NCBI GenBank assembly: GCA_025061115.1
Contig: JANZKC010000003.1
Coordinates: forward strand, 1-64,000
Origin: Candidatus Culexmicrobium cathedralense
GTDB lineage: Archaea > Thermoproteota > Methanomethylicia > Culexarchaeales > Culexmicrobiaceae
Length of the DNA: 64,000 nt
Direction of reading: 5' to 3'
Shown: positions 1-9,122 of the stretch, in pieces
How the letters are laid out: each line of letters begins with the position of its first letter
Position numbering within the stretch: the stretch's first letter is position 1
Translations under genes and position numbers: made by a program
Notes under the pieces: model-generated
The model's database searches: none
What the model was told of the DNA's origin: nothing
What the model saw: only the letters and a program-made list of their open reading frames with translations

Positions 1-93
1 AACATTCAGCAAAGTACATTTAGGAGCTAAGCTTGAATTACCATAGGCAAGAGATTTAATGTCCTAATTAGTAATTGGCTGAGGGTGATTGGC

Positions 94-228
94 GTGGGTA
101 AAGTGCGATACGTATGTAAGGATTGTAATGCAAATAAGAAGGGAGGCTACTTCAGCGTTGATTCTAGTAATTTGAAAAATGTCTCATGCCCGTACTGCGG
201 ATCCAAGAACGTTAAGCGTCTAGGTTAA
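94..228 (+). CDS. 44-aa zinc-ribbon microprotein (CxxC...CPxCG, FmdB-like)
   Basis: Not in ORF track. Manual translation GTG94..TAA228 = MGKVRYVCKDCNANKKGGYFSVDSSNLKNVSCPYCGSKNVKRLG; RBS GAGGGTGA at 81-88. Confidence 0.75.
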   Translation: MGKVRYVCKDCNANKKGGYFSVDSSNLKNVSCPYCGSKNVKRLG

Positions 229-285
229 TTCAATTGCGATATAATTAATTATTCCTATAATTCTCATTATATTTGAGGTTTAATC

Positions 286-1656
286 ATGAAGGACCTGCTA
301 TTGAAAATCATTAATGAAATTGAAGAGAAAGGTGCAGAGTACGTTGAAATTAGGGTTCAAAATAATAACAACACTCTAATAAACATCAGGGATAACAAGG
401 TGGAGGCCATAACTGCTGCACTTGAAAGGGGAGCTGCTATTAGAGTTCTAGTTAATGGAGCTTGGGGTTTCAGTACTACTGGAGACTTGTCTAGAGAATC
501 ATTGACTTCAGCTGCCAATTCGGCATTTAAAATGGCTAAAGTTGCTAGCGAAAGCATTAAGGAGCCCGTTAAGCTTGCTGAAATAAAGTCAGTGGAGGAT
601 AAAGTTTCAGTTCCATTTAAATTAAATCCGAAGGACGTTAGCATAGATATTAAAGTTAAAAATCTTCTTGAAATTAGCAAGACCTGCTTTTCAATTGACA
701 ATAGAATTAAAACTGTAAGTGTAAGATATGCGGATTTAGTTACCGATCAAGTATTGGCAACTAATGAGGGAACTTACATCGAGCAGTTGAAGATGTATGT
801 TTGGAATTACTGCTGGGTTACTGGAAAAAGTGACGGTGTTTTAGCTAGTGCAAGAGATGAAATTGGCGCTCATGGCTATGAGTTATTTGAACGTGATCCG
901 CCAAGTAAAATTGCAGAGAGAGTTTCTAGAAAGGTTCTGCAGCAATTTGAAGCTAAAACACCTAAGAGAGGGCAATTTCCAGCAGTTATTGGAACTGACG
1001 TAGTTGGCGTATTGGCTCATGAAGCTTTAGGCCATATTTGTGAAGCTGACTTAACTCTTGCTGGAAGTGCAATCTTAGGGAAAATTGGTGAGAAAATAGC
1101 AAGCGATGTAGTTACAATTAAAGATAGTGCACTAATTGAAGAGGGCTTCGGCTACTTAACTTATGATGATGAGGGAGTTAGAGGGCAAGAAACGACTTTA
1201 ATTGAGAATGGTGTTTTAGTTGGATTGATGCATAATAGGGAAACTGCTGCGAAAATGAATGTTCCCCCAACAGGTAATGCTAGAGCTCAAGACTTCAGAT
1301 ACCCACCACTAATTAGAATGAGAAATACGTACTTTGAAGTTGGAGACTACACTTTTGAAGAATTGCTTGAAGGCATAAAGTTTGGCTACTACTTGGAGTC
1401 GTTTAGAGGCGGTCAAGCAAATCTCGATGGAACATTTACCATTGGAATTCAAAGCGCATTTGAAATAGTTAATGGCGAGTTAGGAGCACCTGTAAGGAAC
1501 ATTGGAATTAGCGGGAATACTCTTGAAACGCTGATGGAGGTTGATGCAGTGGGTAAGGACTTTGGACTTGAAATGGGTCGATGCGGGAAGGGGCAGTACA
1601 TGTTTCAAAGTTCAGGCGGCCCGCCGATCAGAGTTAAAAGAATATTGATTGGATAG
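286..1656 (+). CDS. tldD: TldD family metalloprotease
   Basis: N-terminal G..IRV....AWGF, HEALGH metal motif, TGNAR..D, RMRNT, C-terminal CGKGQ Cys ligand. Confidence 0.93.
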   Translation: MKDLLLKIINEIEEKGAEYVEIRVQNNNNTLINIRDNKVEAITAALERGAAIRVLVNGAWGFSTTGDLSRESLTSAANSAFKMAKVASESIKEPVKLAEIKSVEDKVSVPFKLNPKDVSIDIKVKNLLEISKTCFSIDNRIKTVSVRYADLVTDQVLATNEGTYIEQLKMYVWNYCWVTGKSDGVLASARDEIGAHGYELFERDPPSKIAERVSRKVLQQFEAKTPKRGQFPAVIGTDVVGVLAHEALGHICEADLTLAGSAILGKIGEKIASDVVTIKDSALIEEGFGYLTYDDEGVRGQETTLIENGVLVGLMHNRETAAKMNVPPTGNARAQDFRYPPLIRMRNTYFEVGDYTFEELLEGIKFGYYLESFRGGQANLDGTFTIGIQSAFEIVNGELGAPVRNIGISGNTLETLMEVDAVGKDFGLEMGRCGKGQYMFQSSGGPPIRVKRILIG

Positions 1657-1658
1657 GG

Positions 1659-3026
1659 GTGAAGATCGTGTATTTAGATTTGTGTAGAAAAGCTGTTAAT
1701 GAAGGATTAAAACTCGGTGCAACCGAGATTGAAGCCTCACTACTTTTAATGAGGAATATTAGCGCTGAAATTGAGCGCGGTCAAATTAAAGGCTGTAGCG
1801 CTACAGATGATGGAGGAATTGGAATTAGAGCGATAGTTAATAGGAAGATAGGCTTCGCCTACACCAACAATCTAACTGTTGAAAGCGTTATAGAAGCTGT
1901 GCGATCTGCCGTTAAAGCTGCAAGAGCAAGCTTGGAAGATAATAAGTGGAAGAGCCTTCCTGAACCCCGGCCTTATCCATCGCCAGCTGATGGCTATGAT
2001 GAAAAGTTAGCTTCTCTACCTGCTGAAAGGGCTGTTGAAATTTGTCAAGAAGTTATCGATGCAGCAGTAGATTACAGTAAAAAAGTTTTGCCAGCATTTG
2101 GAGAAACAGCTATTTCAATTGGAGAAGTAGTTATAGTGAATAGCCATGGAGTTGAAGTTCATGATAAGTACACTAGAATAGAGTGCTACTTGGCAGCAAT
2201 GGCAAAAATTGGAGATACAACTTCTCCAATTTGCCATGAATTCTCTCAATCTAGGAAATACGAAGTAAATCCTAGGGAGATCGGCTCCAAGGCTGCGGAA
2301 TTAGCTGTAAAGTCAACTAAAATTGGAAGAGCTGAGCCGGGAAAATTCACAGTGATTTTCGATCCAATAGCCTTGGCATCATTATTAACCTTCACCTTTG
2401 CCGAGGTCATTAGAGGCGACATGGTTATACGTGGTCGAAGTCCCTATCGCGACAAGATAGGTGAAAGGGTTGCTTCAGAGAAAATATCATTTTACGACGA
2501 TGGAACACTTCCAGGAGGAATTTACTCTGGAAAATGCGATTTAGAGGGCGTTCCCAGGCAGAGAACCCCAATAATCATTAATGGTATTCTCGAAGGCTTC
2601 ATCTATGATAGTTACTGGGCAAACATAGCTGAAGTTGAAAGTACGGGAAATGCTTGGAGAGGCGGAGGCGGATTAAGACTTCCTCCTTATGCAACGCTGC
2701 CATTCATTCAGCCAAGCAACTTAGTTCTAGAAGCTAAAGACATCGTCGAGAGCGACTTGATCAAGGAAATTAAGAATGGATATTACGTAAGAGACCTCCA
2801 AGGTGCACATCAGTCAAATCCAGAAACTGGCGAATTTTCAGTTGCAGCAGTGCCATGCTGGAAAATAGAAAATGGCGAGCTTAAACACGCAGTAAGAGGA
2901 GTTATGCTAGCCGGAAACGTGTACGAAATAATCAAAAACATCACATTAGTTGGAGATAGGTCGAGGCAAGTAAACTTCTTCATATTGCCACAAGTGGCAA
3001 TAGAGGGTGTTCAAGTAATTACGTAG
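1659..3026 (+). CDS. pmbA: PmbA/TldE family protein (non-catalytic TldD partner)
   Basis: GIGIR, DLEG, STGNA, NPETGEFS motifs; no HExxxH; starts 2 nt after tldD. Confidence 0.9.
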   Translation: MKIVYLDLCRKAVNEGLKLGATEIEASLLLMRNISAEIERGQIKGCSATDDGGIGIRAIVNRKIGFAYTNNLTVESVIEAVRSAVKAARASLEDNKWKSLPEPRPYPSPADGYDEKLASLPAERAVEICQEVIDAAVDYSKKVLPAFGETAISIGEVVIVNSHGVEVHDKYTRIECYLAAMAKIGDTTSPICHEFSQSRKYEVNPREIGSKAAELAVKSTKIGRAEPGKFTVIFDPIALASLLTFTFAEVIRGDMVIRGRSPYRDKIGERVASEKISFYDDGTLPGGIYSGKCDLEGVPRQRTPIIINGILEGFIYDSYWANIAEVESTGNAWRGGGGLRLPPYATLPFIQPSNLVLEAKDIVESDLIKEIKNGYYVRDLQGAHQSNPETGEFSVAAVPCWKIENGELKHAVRGVMLAGNVYEIIKNITLVGDRSRQVNFFILPQVAIEGVQVIT

Positions 3027-3135
3027 TTCTAAAATATCAAATTTGTACATTTATATATATATTGAAATAAAAATAAAATAATAAATATTAAAAATTCAAG
3101 TAAGATATAAATTAGCCCAATAAAGTAAAGATTGA

Positions 3136-3912
3136 ATGGGATTGCCATTGGAGATGAGCTCCCAATACGTCCTTTTTCTCTTAATTTTGAATGCGATCAT
3201 TATGGGTTATAATGACGGTAATGAAGTGTATCATTTGGAATATGTAGGTTTTTTGCCTAGAGCGGATTATGTTTTTAAAATTGAACTTATAAATAGTAGT
3301 GATATTTCTGCTAAGAAAGTCAATTTTAATGTAACAATTATAAAGATCGATAACACTTATAATCTCTGCATTTCTATAGTTATGGATTCCTTGGTGAAGC
3401 AAGTTAGTGTTAATGTTTCCCAGCAAAATGGGCGACTATTTTTTGAAGATGCGCCAACAATTTTTATTGTTGAACCATTCATTTTACAAAAAAGTAGTGG
3501 TTCAATTTATGTGACTTCCTGTCTAGATTGGAAGATCTTTGGAGAAATAATTAGAATGGGCAAATTTCCCACAGCAATGGATGCTTATCGTGTTGAGGCA
3601 CTTGCAATTTCAGCTTATCATTATAGGGGTGATGTAAAAGCAATGCCTTTGAATTTAGCTTATGACCCAGATAACGGGTTTTTAGTTCACTTTAGCGGTG
3701 TTATTAGTGATCCCTTATTGTTAAAAATGGGAATAAAACATATATGGGGTGGTGAATGGAGATTAAAAGAATATTCAAATAATATCAAATTAAGACTTAT
3801 TTCTCCAAATTATGTTAATATCAATTTATCATATTTGCTATTCATATTTATCTTAATTTTTATTTTAGCGTTTATAACATTTTATATGATATTGGGAGGT
3901 GGAATTAGGTGA
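3136..3912 (+). CDS. Hypothetical exported/membrane-anchored protein
   Basis: Hydrophobic N-terminus and C-terminal TM helix; stop overlaps the ABC ATPase start (GTGA). Confidence 0.7.
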   Translation: MGLPLEMSSQYVLFLLILNAIIMGYNDGNEVYHLEYVGFLPRADYVFKIELINSSDISAKKVNFNVTIIKIDNTYNLCISIVMDSLVKQVSVNVSQQNGRLFFEDAPTIFIVEPFILQKSSGSIYVTSCLDWKIFGEIIRMGKFPTAMDAYRVEALAISAYHYRGDVKAMPLNLAYDPDNGFLVHFSGVISDPLLLKMGIKHIWGGEWRLKEYSNNIKLRLISPNYVNINLSYLLFIFILIFILAFITFYMILGGGIR

Positions 3913-4835
3913 AGTATATCATTGAAGTTCAAGACTTAGTCAAGACATTTAATTCTACTCTGGCTCTTAATGGTCTTTCCTTTAAGGCTCCCAAAGGCGT
4001 TATTGGGTTTATTGGACCCAATGGTGCTGGAAAGACCACAACTATCAAGATTTTACTTGGGTTAATTAGGGCTGATTCGGGTAGTGCTAATATTTTGGGT
4101 TTCGATTGTTGGAGGGAATCATTTGAAATTAAGAGGCGTATAGGTGTTCTTCATGAAAAGGTTGCTTTTTACGACTTTATGAGCGGCTTTGAATATCTGC
4201 TTTTAGTGGCTAAAATAAAGAATGTTTCAAGCCCGCGCGAGGAGGTTGTTGAAACGTTGAAGCTTGTTGAACTCGACGAGAAAGCTTGGTATAGGCAGAT
4301 TAAGGGATATTCTGCGGGTATGAAGCAGAGATTGGGGTTAGCTCAGGCATTAATTGGATCGCCAGAATTAATTATACTAGACGAACCTACATCAAATCTG
4401 GATCCGCTTGGTAGAATGAAGTTTCTCAAGATTATAGAAGCGTTACATAGGGAGCGGGAAATAAACTTCTTAATTTCAAGCCATATTTTACCTGAGCTGC
4501 AAAAAGTTTGTAACTACGTTATACTGATAGATAAAGGCAGGGCTATTAAAACAGGCTTCCTAGATGATTTAATTAAAGAGATAAGCTATTTTCCATTCAG
4601 AATTAAAGCATATCCTTTAGAGCCCCTAGCTTCAGAACTGCAAAAATTTGATTATGTGAAGGATGTTTCAATCCAAGGCGATTACCTAATAGTTAAAGTA
4701 TTGGATAAGAGCATCTTCCTGAGGAATTTGATCTTATTGGCAGCAAGATTAAATGTAACATTGGAGGATGTGAAGCTTATAGAATCAGAATTGGAATTAC
4801 TATTCAAGGAGGGTTTAAAAAATGAGTCTCTTTAA
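3909..4835 (+). CDS. ABC transporter ATP-binding protein (ABC-2/multidrug exporter type)
   Basis: Walker A GPNGAGKTT, signature YSAGMKQR, Walker B ILDEP, SSH loop. Confidence 0.95.
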   Translation: MKYIIEVQDLVKTFNSTLALNGLSFKAPKGVIGFIGPNGAGKTTTIKILLGLIRADSGSANILGFDCWRESFEIKRRIGVLHEKVAFYDFMSGFEYLLLVAKIKNVSSPREEVVETLKLVELDEKAWYRQIKGYSAGMKQRLGLAQALIGSPELIILDEPTSNLDPLGRMKFLKIIEALHREREINFLISSHILPELQKVCNYVILIDKGRAIKTGFLDDLIKEISYFPFRIKAYPLEPLASELQKFDYVKDVSIQGDYLIVKVLDKSIFLRNLILLAARLNVTLEDVKLIESELELLFKEGLKNESL

Positions 4836-5631
4836 CGTCGAAGTAATGAAGGCTGAATTTAAGAATATTTGGTCATCGTGGCTTCTTGAAATCTCAATAT
4901 TTATTCCTCTCTTCTCTTGTTTAATTTACAATCCCCATCTCTTCGGAATATTTCCTTATGAAGATGTAGGTATGGCGATTCAAGAAATGGTTGCAGCTAG
5001 GACGATAAGTGTTTTCCATTATGCCTTAACTTTTATGATTGTTATATGTTCAGCTGTTTCCGCCATATCATTTGCTAGGGATTATGAGAAGGGGCTACTT
5101 CAAACATTATTTTCTTTACCGCTTTCAAGAACGGAGATCTTCTTATCTAAAATGCTTTCAATTGTTTTGGTCTCTTCAATAATAGTTTCAATTTCCCTCA
5201 CAATCACGCTCATGCTCGATTTCTACTTCGCAATATCTTACCTTTTGAAGCCTATTTTAATAGGATTCTTAATGGCATTTGCACCATTAATTTTCTACTT
5301 TAGTTTGTCAGCATTTATCGCACTTATAATTAGGAAGACTGTGGCTTCAACAGTTATATCCATAGTTTTATCTTATGTGTTGCAGGCGTCGCCACCTGCA
5401 CTATCAGATATAAACTACTATATGCCAGATAAAATTCCAATATTCGTACTTTGTAAATTACTTGGTTATAGAAGTACCCCCAGTTTTCATTCTGGTTATG
5501 GTTTACCATCCACTCTTTTGGCAAATGCACCATCAATAGAGCTTCTTTTGATTCTTTTAGTTATCTATTCAATTGGCATGATGGCTGTCACGTACACTTA
5601 CTTTACAAAGAAGATGGAGTTGGCAGGATGA
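4822..5631 (+). CDS. ABC-2 type transporter permease
   Basis: About 6 TM segments, DYEKGLLQTLFSLPLSR motif; overlaps the ATPase gene. Confidence 0.88.
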   Translation: MSLFNVEVMKAEFKNIWSSWLLEISIFIPLFSCLIYNPHLFGIFPYEDVGMAIQEMVAARTISVFHYALTFMIVICSAVSAISFARDYEKGLLQTLFSLPLSRTEIFLSKMLSIVLVSSIIVSISLTITLMLDFYFAISYLLKPILIGFLMAFAPLIFYFSLSAFIALIIRKTVASTVISIVLSYVLQASPPALSDINYYMPDKIPIFVLCKLLGYRSTPSFHSGYGLPSTLLANAPSIELLLILLVIYSIGMMAVTYTYFTKKMELAG

Positions 5632-6119
5632 TGAAACGAATAGGTAGAATTTCATTAATTATAGGATTAACTATCCTGCTTACCTCACTTATAAATGCAA
5701 ATCTAGAACCTTCAATTAAGTATGGGTTTGGATATCCAACATCAACGTACTTGATCATAACTTTTCCAGTAAATGATGTCAATTTTACAATAGGTGCATT
5801 ACCAGGAAGCGGAGATGTTTACAAGGGAAATATAACTTTGCAGCTATTGGATGACGCTGGGGAAATTATTACTGAGGTGGAGGGTTTAACTCCACTCCAC
5901 TTTCGCATCAATTTATACAGGAGAGGTGTCTATATGATTAGAATTATGAAGACAGGCAATGTAGCACTAAGCATACCCATATCAATTGAAATTAAAAGAG
6001 TTAACATTGAATATGACAAAGTTTATGCTGGGGGCATAATCTCAGTTTTATCCGCAATAATATTACTTTTCTCACATTTTATCACTCCAAAATTTCACAA
6101 GAAAATAATAGGTTCATAG
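5628..6119 (+). CDS. Hypothetical membrane protein (2 TM flanking a beta-rich loop)
   Basis: ATGA overlap with the permease; N- and C-terminal hydrophobic helices. Confidence 0.7.
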   Translation: MMKRIGRISLIIGLTILLTSLINANLEPSIKYGFGYPTSTYLIITFPVNDVNFTIGALPGSGDVYKGNITLQLLDDAGEIITEVEGLTPLHFRINLYRRGVYMIRIMKTGNVALSIPISIEIKRVNIEYDKVYAGGIISVLSAIILLFSHFITPKFHKKIIGS

Positions 6120-6350
6120 ACATAAATTTAGAAATCTAACTTGAATATTGTATTTGTAGAAATGGCTTAATTAAAACGATAAAATTACATAACTCGCACG
6201 CGAAATAAGCGTTGACTTGCAGAATCAACCCTAAATCAAACACTAAAAGAATATAAGAAAATATCCTAAGTTTAACCATCTAATTTTAGTATGTTGGCAA
6301 GTTTAAATGTCTTGGTTTGGGCATCTGATTATAAAATTCTTCATGAACTC

Positions 6351-6848
6351 CTACTTTGTTCTTATGATTTTCATAGCTTTTTCCACTGCTTCTTCAGGTG
6401 TTTCAGCTACTTCAATGTTATACTTGCCTATTTCAGCTTCTGCTAATAGGTCTGAAAATCCTCCAGTGCCTTTCAGTATTATAACTGGCTTTTCATATGC
6501 GAGTGCTAATCCTATTTCTGAAAGTGTTCCCGGCCCGCCTGCAATAGCTATAACTACATCACCTGCCAACACGTTTAGAGCATTTCTGGCATAGCCTAGT
6601 CCTGTGGGAATTGCTATGTCAACATACTTGTTTGCTTCATCTCTGGTAAATCCAGGGAGTATGCCGACTGTTATGCCGCCTTCATCTTTAACACCTTTAC
6701 AGACTGCTTCCATTACTCCTGTTCTTCCTCCCGTAATGACAATTACACCATTTTTAGCAAGTAACTTTCCAACCTTGACGGCTTTTTCATATACTTCTTC
6801 TGAGATTTTAGAGCTACTGCCAATTACAGTGACGTACGCCTTTTTCAT
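6351..6848 (-). CDS. LOG/SLOG family Rossmann-fold protein (TIGR00725-like)
   Basis: TGGRTGVME, GILPG, TGLGYARN, GGPGTLSEI motifs. Confidence 0.88.
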   Translation of the reverse strand: MKKAYVTVIGSSSKISEEVYEKAVKVGKLLAKNGVIVITGGRTGVMEAVCKGVKDEGGITVGILPGFTRDEANKYVDIAIPTGLGYARNALNVLAGDVVIAIAGGPGTLSEIGLALAYEKPVIILKGTGGFSDLLAEAEIGKYNIEVAETPEEAVEKAMKIIRTK

Positions 6849-7062
6849 ATTGGCACCTCAGGATCAAGTCAAATTTATTGATTCTTCCTAATTACTGCTT
6901 GCATTGGATTCAGCTTGACTAAAATATCAATTAATTGTAATATGTAATCTTAAGCGTAATTTACTTACAAAAAATTAAAATCTTAAAAATTATTTTAATC
7001 ATTTTCAATTGATTTATAGTTTAATTTATTCTGGCGGCTTCTTTTCTTCTCTGTCATCATTT

Positions 7063-7548
7063 TCACCTCCTACTTGTAATCTCATAGGAGGGGCATGTAG
7101 TGCTAGTTTTAGTCTCTTGGATAAAGCTCCTTGTAATCATGTCTCTGGAGTTTTGATATTCTGAGTTTATTGAGTAGGTTTTGCTCCATCCAATGTTGAC
7201 GTTTAGGATTCCGAGAGTTTCTAGCATTTTTAGTCGTTTACATATGGCTTTTCTTGATGCTTCTCCTCTGATTGCCTTTATTTCTCTTACTATTTCAGAG
7301 ATATTTAGTGCCCCCTTAATTGCTAGGAGCTTTAATATGAGTTTTGAAATTTCATCCGAGGCTAACCCTGCCTTAGCTGATATTTCACTTACAATTTTCA
7401 ATCTTCTCAGCACTTCCGAATAGTCTTTATAGATTTCACTTAGGTTTATCTGTCTGCTTATTATGATGAGCATCTCTATTTCATCAAGCTTCCTTAGAAT
7501 TCTTTACAGTAGATTTATCATGTTATCGTAATTTTATATGTTGGGCAA
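7063..7548 (-). pseudogene. Winged-HTH-like regulator with disrupted N-terminus (intact part 7063..7473)
   Basis: LNISEIVREI...SRKAICKRLKMLETLGIL HTH-like segment. The frame continues upstream to TTG7548 (RBS GGTGA) through two in-frame TAA at 7504-7506 and 7534-7536. Confidence 0.55.
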
Positions 7549-7644
7549 TGCATTCACCAATTCTGGGCTTTATCTTCAAAACTTAAGCATTGCTTTGTTC
7601 GAATGAAAAATTTATATGTTAAAATAATGTTTTGCTTTTTCCTT

Positions 7645-7761
7645 TTACCACTCTTCCTCTTCTTCCTCTTCCAGCTCCTCGTCCCATTCCTCTTCTTCCC
7701 AGTCCTCTAGTTCCTCTTCTTCCTCCTCTTCGTAATCCCACTTTTCTTTCCATTTAGACAT
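7645..7761 (-). CDS. 38-aa poly-glutamate/tryptophan acidic microprotein
   Basis: Not in ORF track. ATG7761..TAA7645 = MSKWKEKWDYEEEEEEELEDWEEEEWDEELEEEEEEEW; RBS-like GGGGCGA upstream; mixed GAA/GAG codons. Confidence 0.75.
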   Translation of the reverse strand: MSKWKEKWDYEEEEEEELEDWEEEEWDEELEEEEEEEW

Positions 7762-7900
7762 GCTGCTCGCCCCGCATGCAGCTTTTTTCGTCTTTCTTTA
7801 ATGTTTTTTGTAATTGCGTGTTGAGACTCTTGTTCTTGAATTACTTAAGTTAAATTTCTTAGGGAATTGAAATTAAATGCTGGCTTGTTTCTGTTGTGAT

Positions 7901-9121
7901 TCACGCTTTTATGTCGTAAACTATTTCAAATTCGCTTACTTTATCTGAGTTGTTTTTAATCCACCTTTCTACATAGCTGCACTCGACTATTAGTTTTGTA
8001 ATTTCCTTCTGCTTTGCATATTTTATTGCTGCGTCAACTATTCTGCCCGCTATTCCGAGGCCCCTGTATTCTTGAGGTGTGTATGTGCTTTGCATTTTCA
8101 TGGTTTTTCCTTCAATTTTAAATCGGTGGTATGCCCTTTTTCCTGGTTCAATTTCAATGTAAATCAGGCCTTCCTTTTCATCTATCTTCACTTTCTTCAT
8201 TTTCGCTTTTAATGCTTTGACGTACTTGTTTGCGCTTATTGCTGCTACTGCTCCATCCCCTGCTGCTACGACAACTTGAAGTCCTCTTCCAGTGCAGTCT
8301 CCTGCAGCGTAAACTCCTGGAACGTTCGTTTCTTGATTCAAGTTGACTTTTATGAAGCCTATTTTATTCAATTCTAGTCCGGCTTTTTTGAAGATTTCGG
8401 TTTTAGGTTCGTCTCCTTTGGCAATGAATATTGCTGATACAAATATTTTTTGCTCTTTTCGTTCTCCTTTAACTGTTATTGCTTCTACTCTTTCTTCGCC
8501 TATGATCTCTCTTAACTCTGCATCTACAATCTCTACGTTTTCTTGCTGCTTTAATCTTTCAATTAATGGTTCGGGTGCCTCCAGCTTTTCCCCATCCGTT
8601 ATTAAGTAGACTTTTCTAGCTAGGTTTGATAGGAATAGTGTTTCTTCGATTGCTTTTTCACTGTTTCCAAGTATTGCAACGTCTTTACCTTTGAAGATTG
8701 GGCCGTCGCAGACTGCGCAGTAGCTTACTCCTTTGCCCATTAGCTTTGCTTCTCCTGGCTTTAAGGCCTTCTTTTTCTCAAGTCCAGTTGCAATTATTAT
8801 TGATAGTGCCTTATATTCGCCGCTTCTAGTTCTTACTTTCTTAACTATGTCTTTAAGGTCTAAGTCCACCACTGCTTCTGGATATTTTATTTCGGCTCCA
8901 AATTTTATTGCTTGTTCGTACATTTTCATGGCTAGTTCTAGTCCATTTGTTGGCTGAGTTAATCCTGGAAAGTTTTCTAAATGAGGTATTTCTCCAAGTT
9001 TTCCTCCTGGCGATGCTTTTTCGAGCACTAGTGTTTTAAGGCCAGCTCTTGCAGAGTATGTTGCTGCTGTTAATCCAGCTGGTCCTCCTCCAATAATTAT
9101 GACGTCATACATGGCTATCAT
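7901..9121 (-). CDS. trxB: Thioredoxin reductase-like flavoprotein fused to a C-terminal YjdJ-like GNAT domain
   Basis: GGGPAG FAD motif, SYCAVCDG redox pair, TNVPGVYAAGD; C-terminal STYTPQEYRGLGIA...ECSYVERW matches short GNAT (Acetyltransf_CG type). Confidence 0.85.
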   Translation of the reverse strand: MIAMYDVIIIGGGPAGLTAATYSARAGLKTLVLEKASPGGKLGEIPHLENFPGLTQPTNGLELAMKMYEQAIKFGAEIKYPEAVVDLDLKDIVKKVRTRSGEYKALSIIIATGLEKKKALKPGEAKLMGKGVSYCAVCDGPIFKGKDVAILGNSEKAIEETLFLSNLARKVYLITDGEKLEAPEPLIERLKQQENVEIVDAELREIIGEERVEAITVKGERKEQKIFVSAIFIAKGDEPKTEIFKKAGLELNKIGFIKVNLNQETNVPGVYAAGDCTGRGLQVVVAAGDGAVAAISANKYVKALKAKMKKVKIDEKEGLIYIEIEPGKRAYHRFKIEGKTMKMQSTYTPQEYRGLGIAGRIVDAAIKYAKQKEITKLIVECSYVERWIKNNSDKVSEFEIVYDIKA

Positions 9122-9122
9122 C

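Noticed and set aside
1-46. Possible 3' end of an upstream gene (…TFSKVHLGAKLELP*)
   Set aside because: Only 14 codons visible; cannot be supported or assigned.
94-228. RNA polymerase subunit Rpo12 (P) identity for the zinc-ribbon microprotein
   Set aside because: Lacks the basic C-terminal KxR...vkA extension typical of Rpo12.
7504-7536. Stop-codon recoding (TAA read-through) to explain in-frame stops
   Set aside because: Many intact genes in the window end in TAA; pseudogenisation is simpler.
7645-7750. Microsatellite, triplex-forming tract or CRISPR-like repeat
   Set aside because: No fixed repeat unit or spacers; the pattern is fully explained by Glu codons in an ORF.
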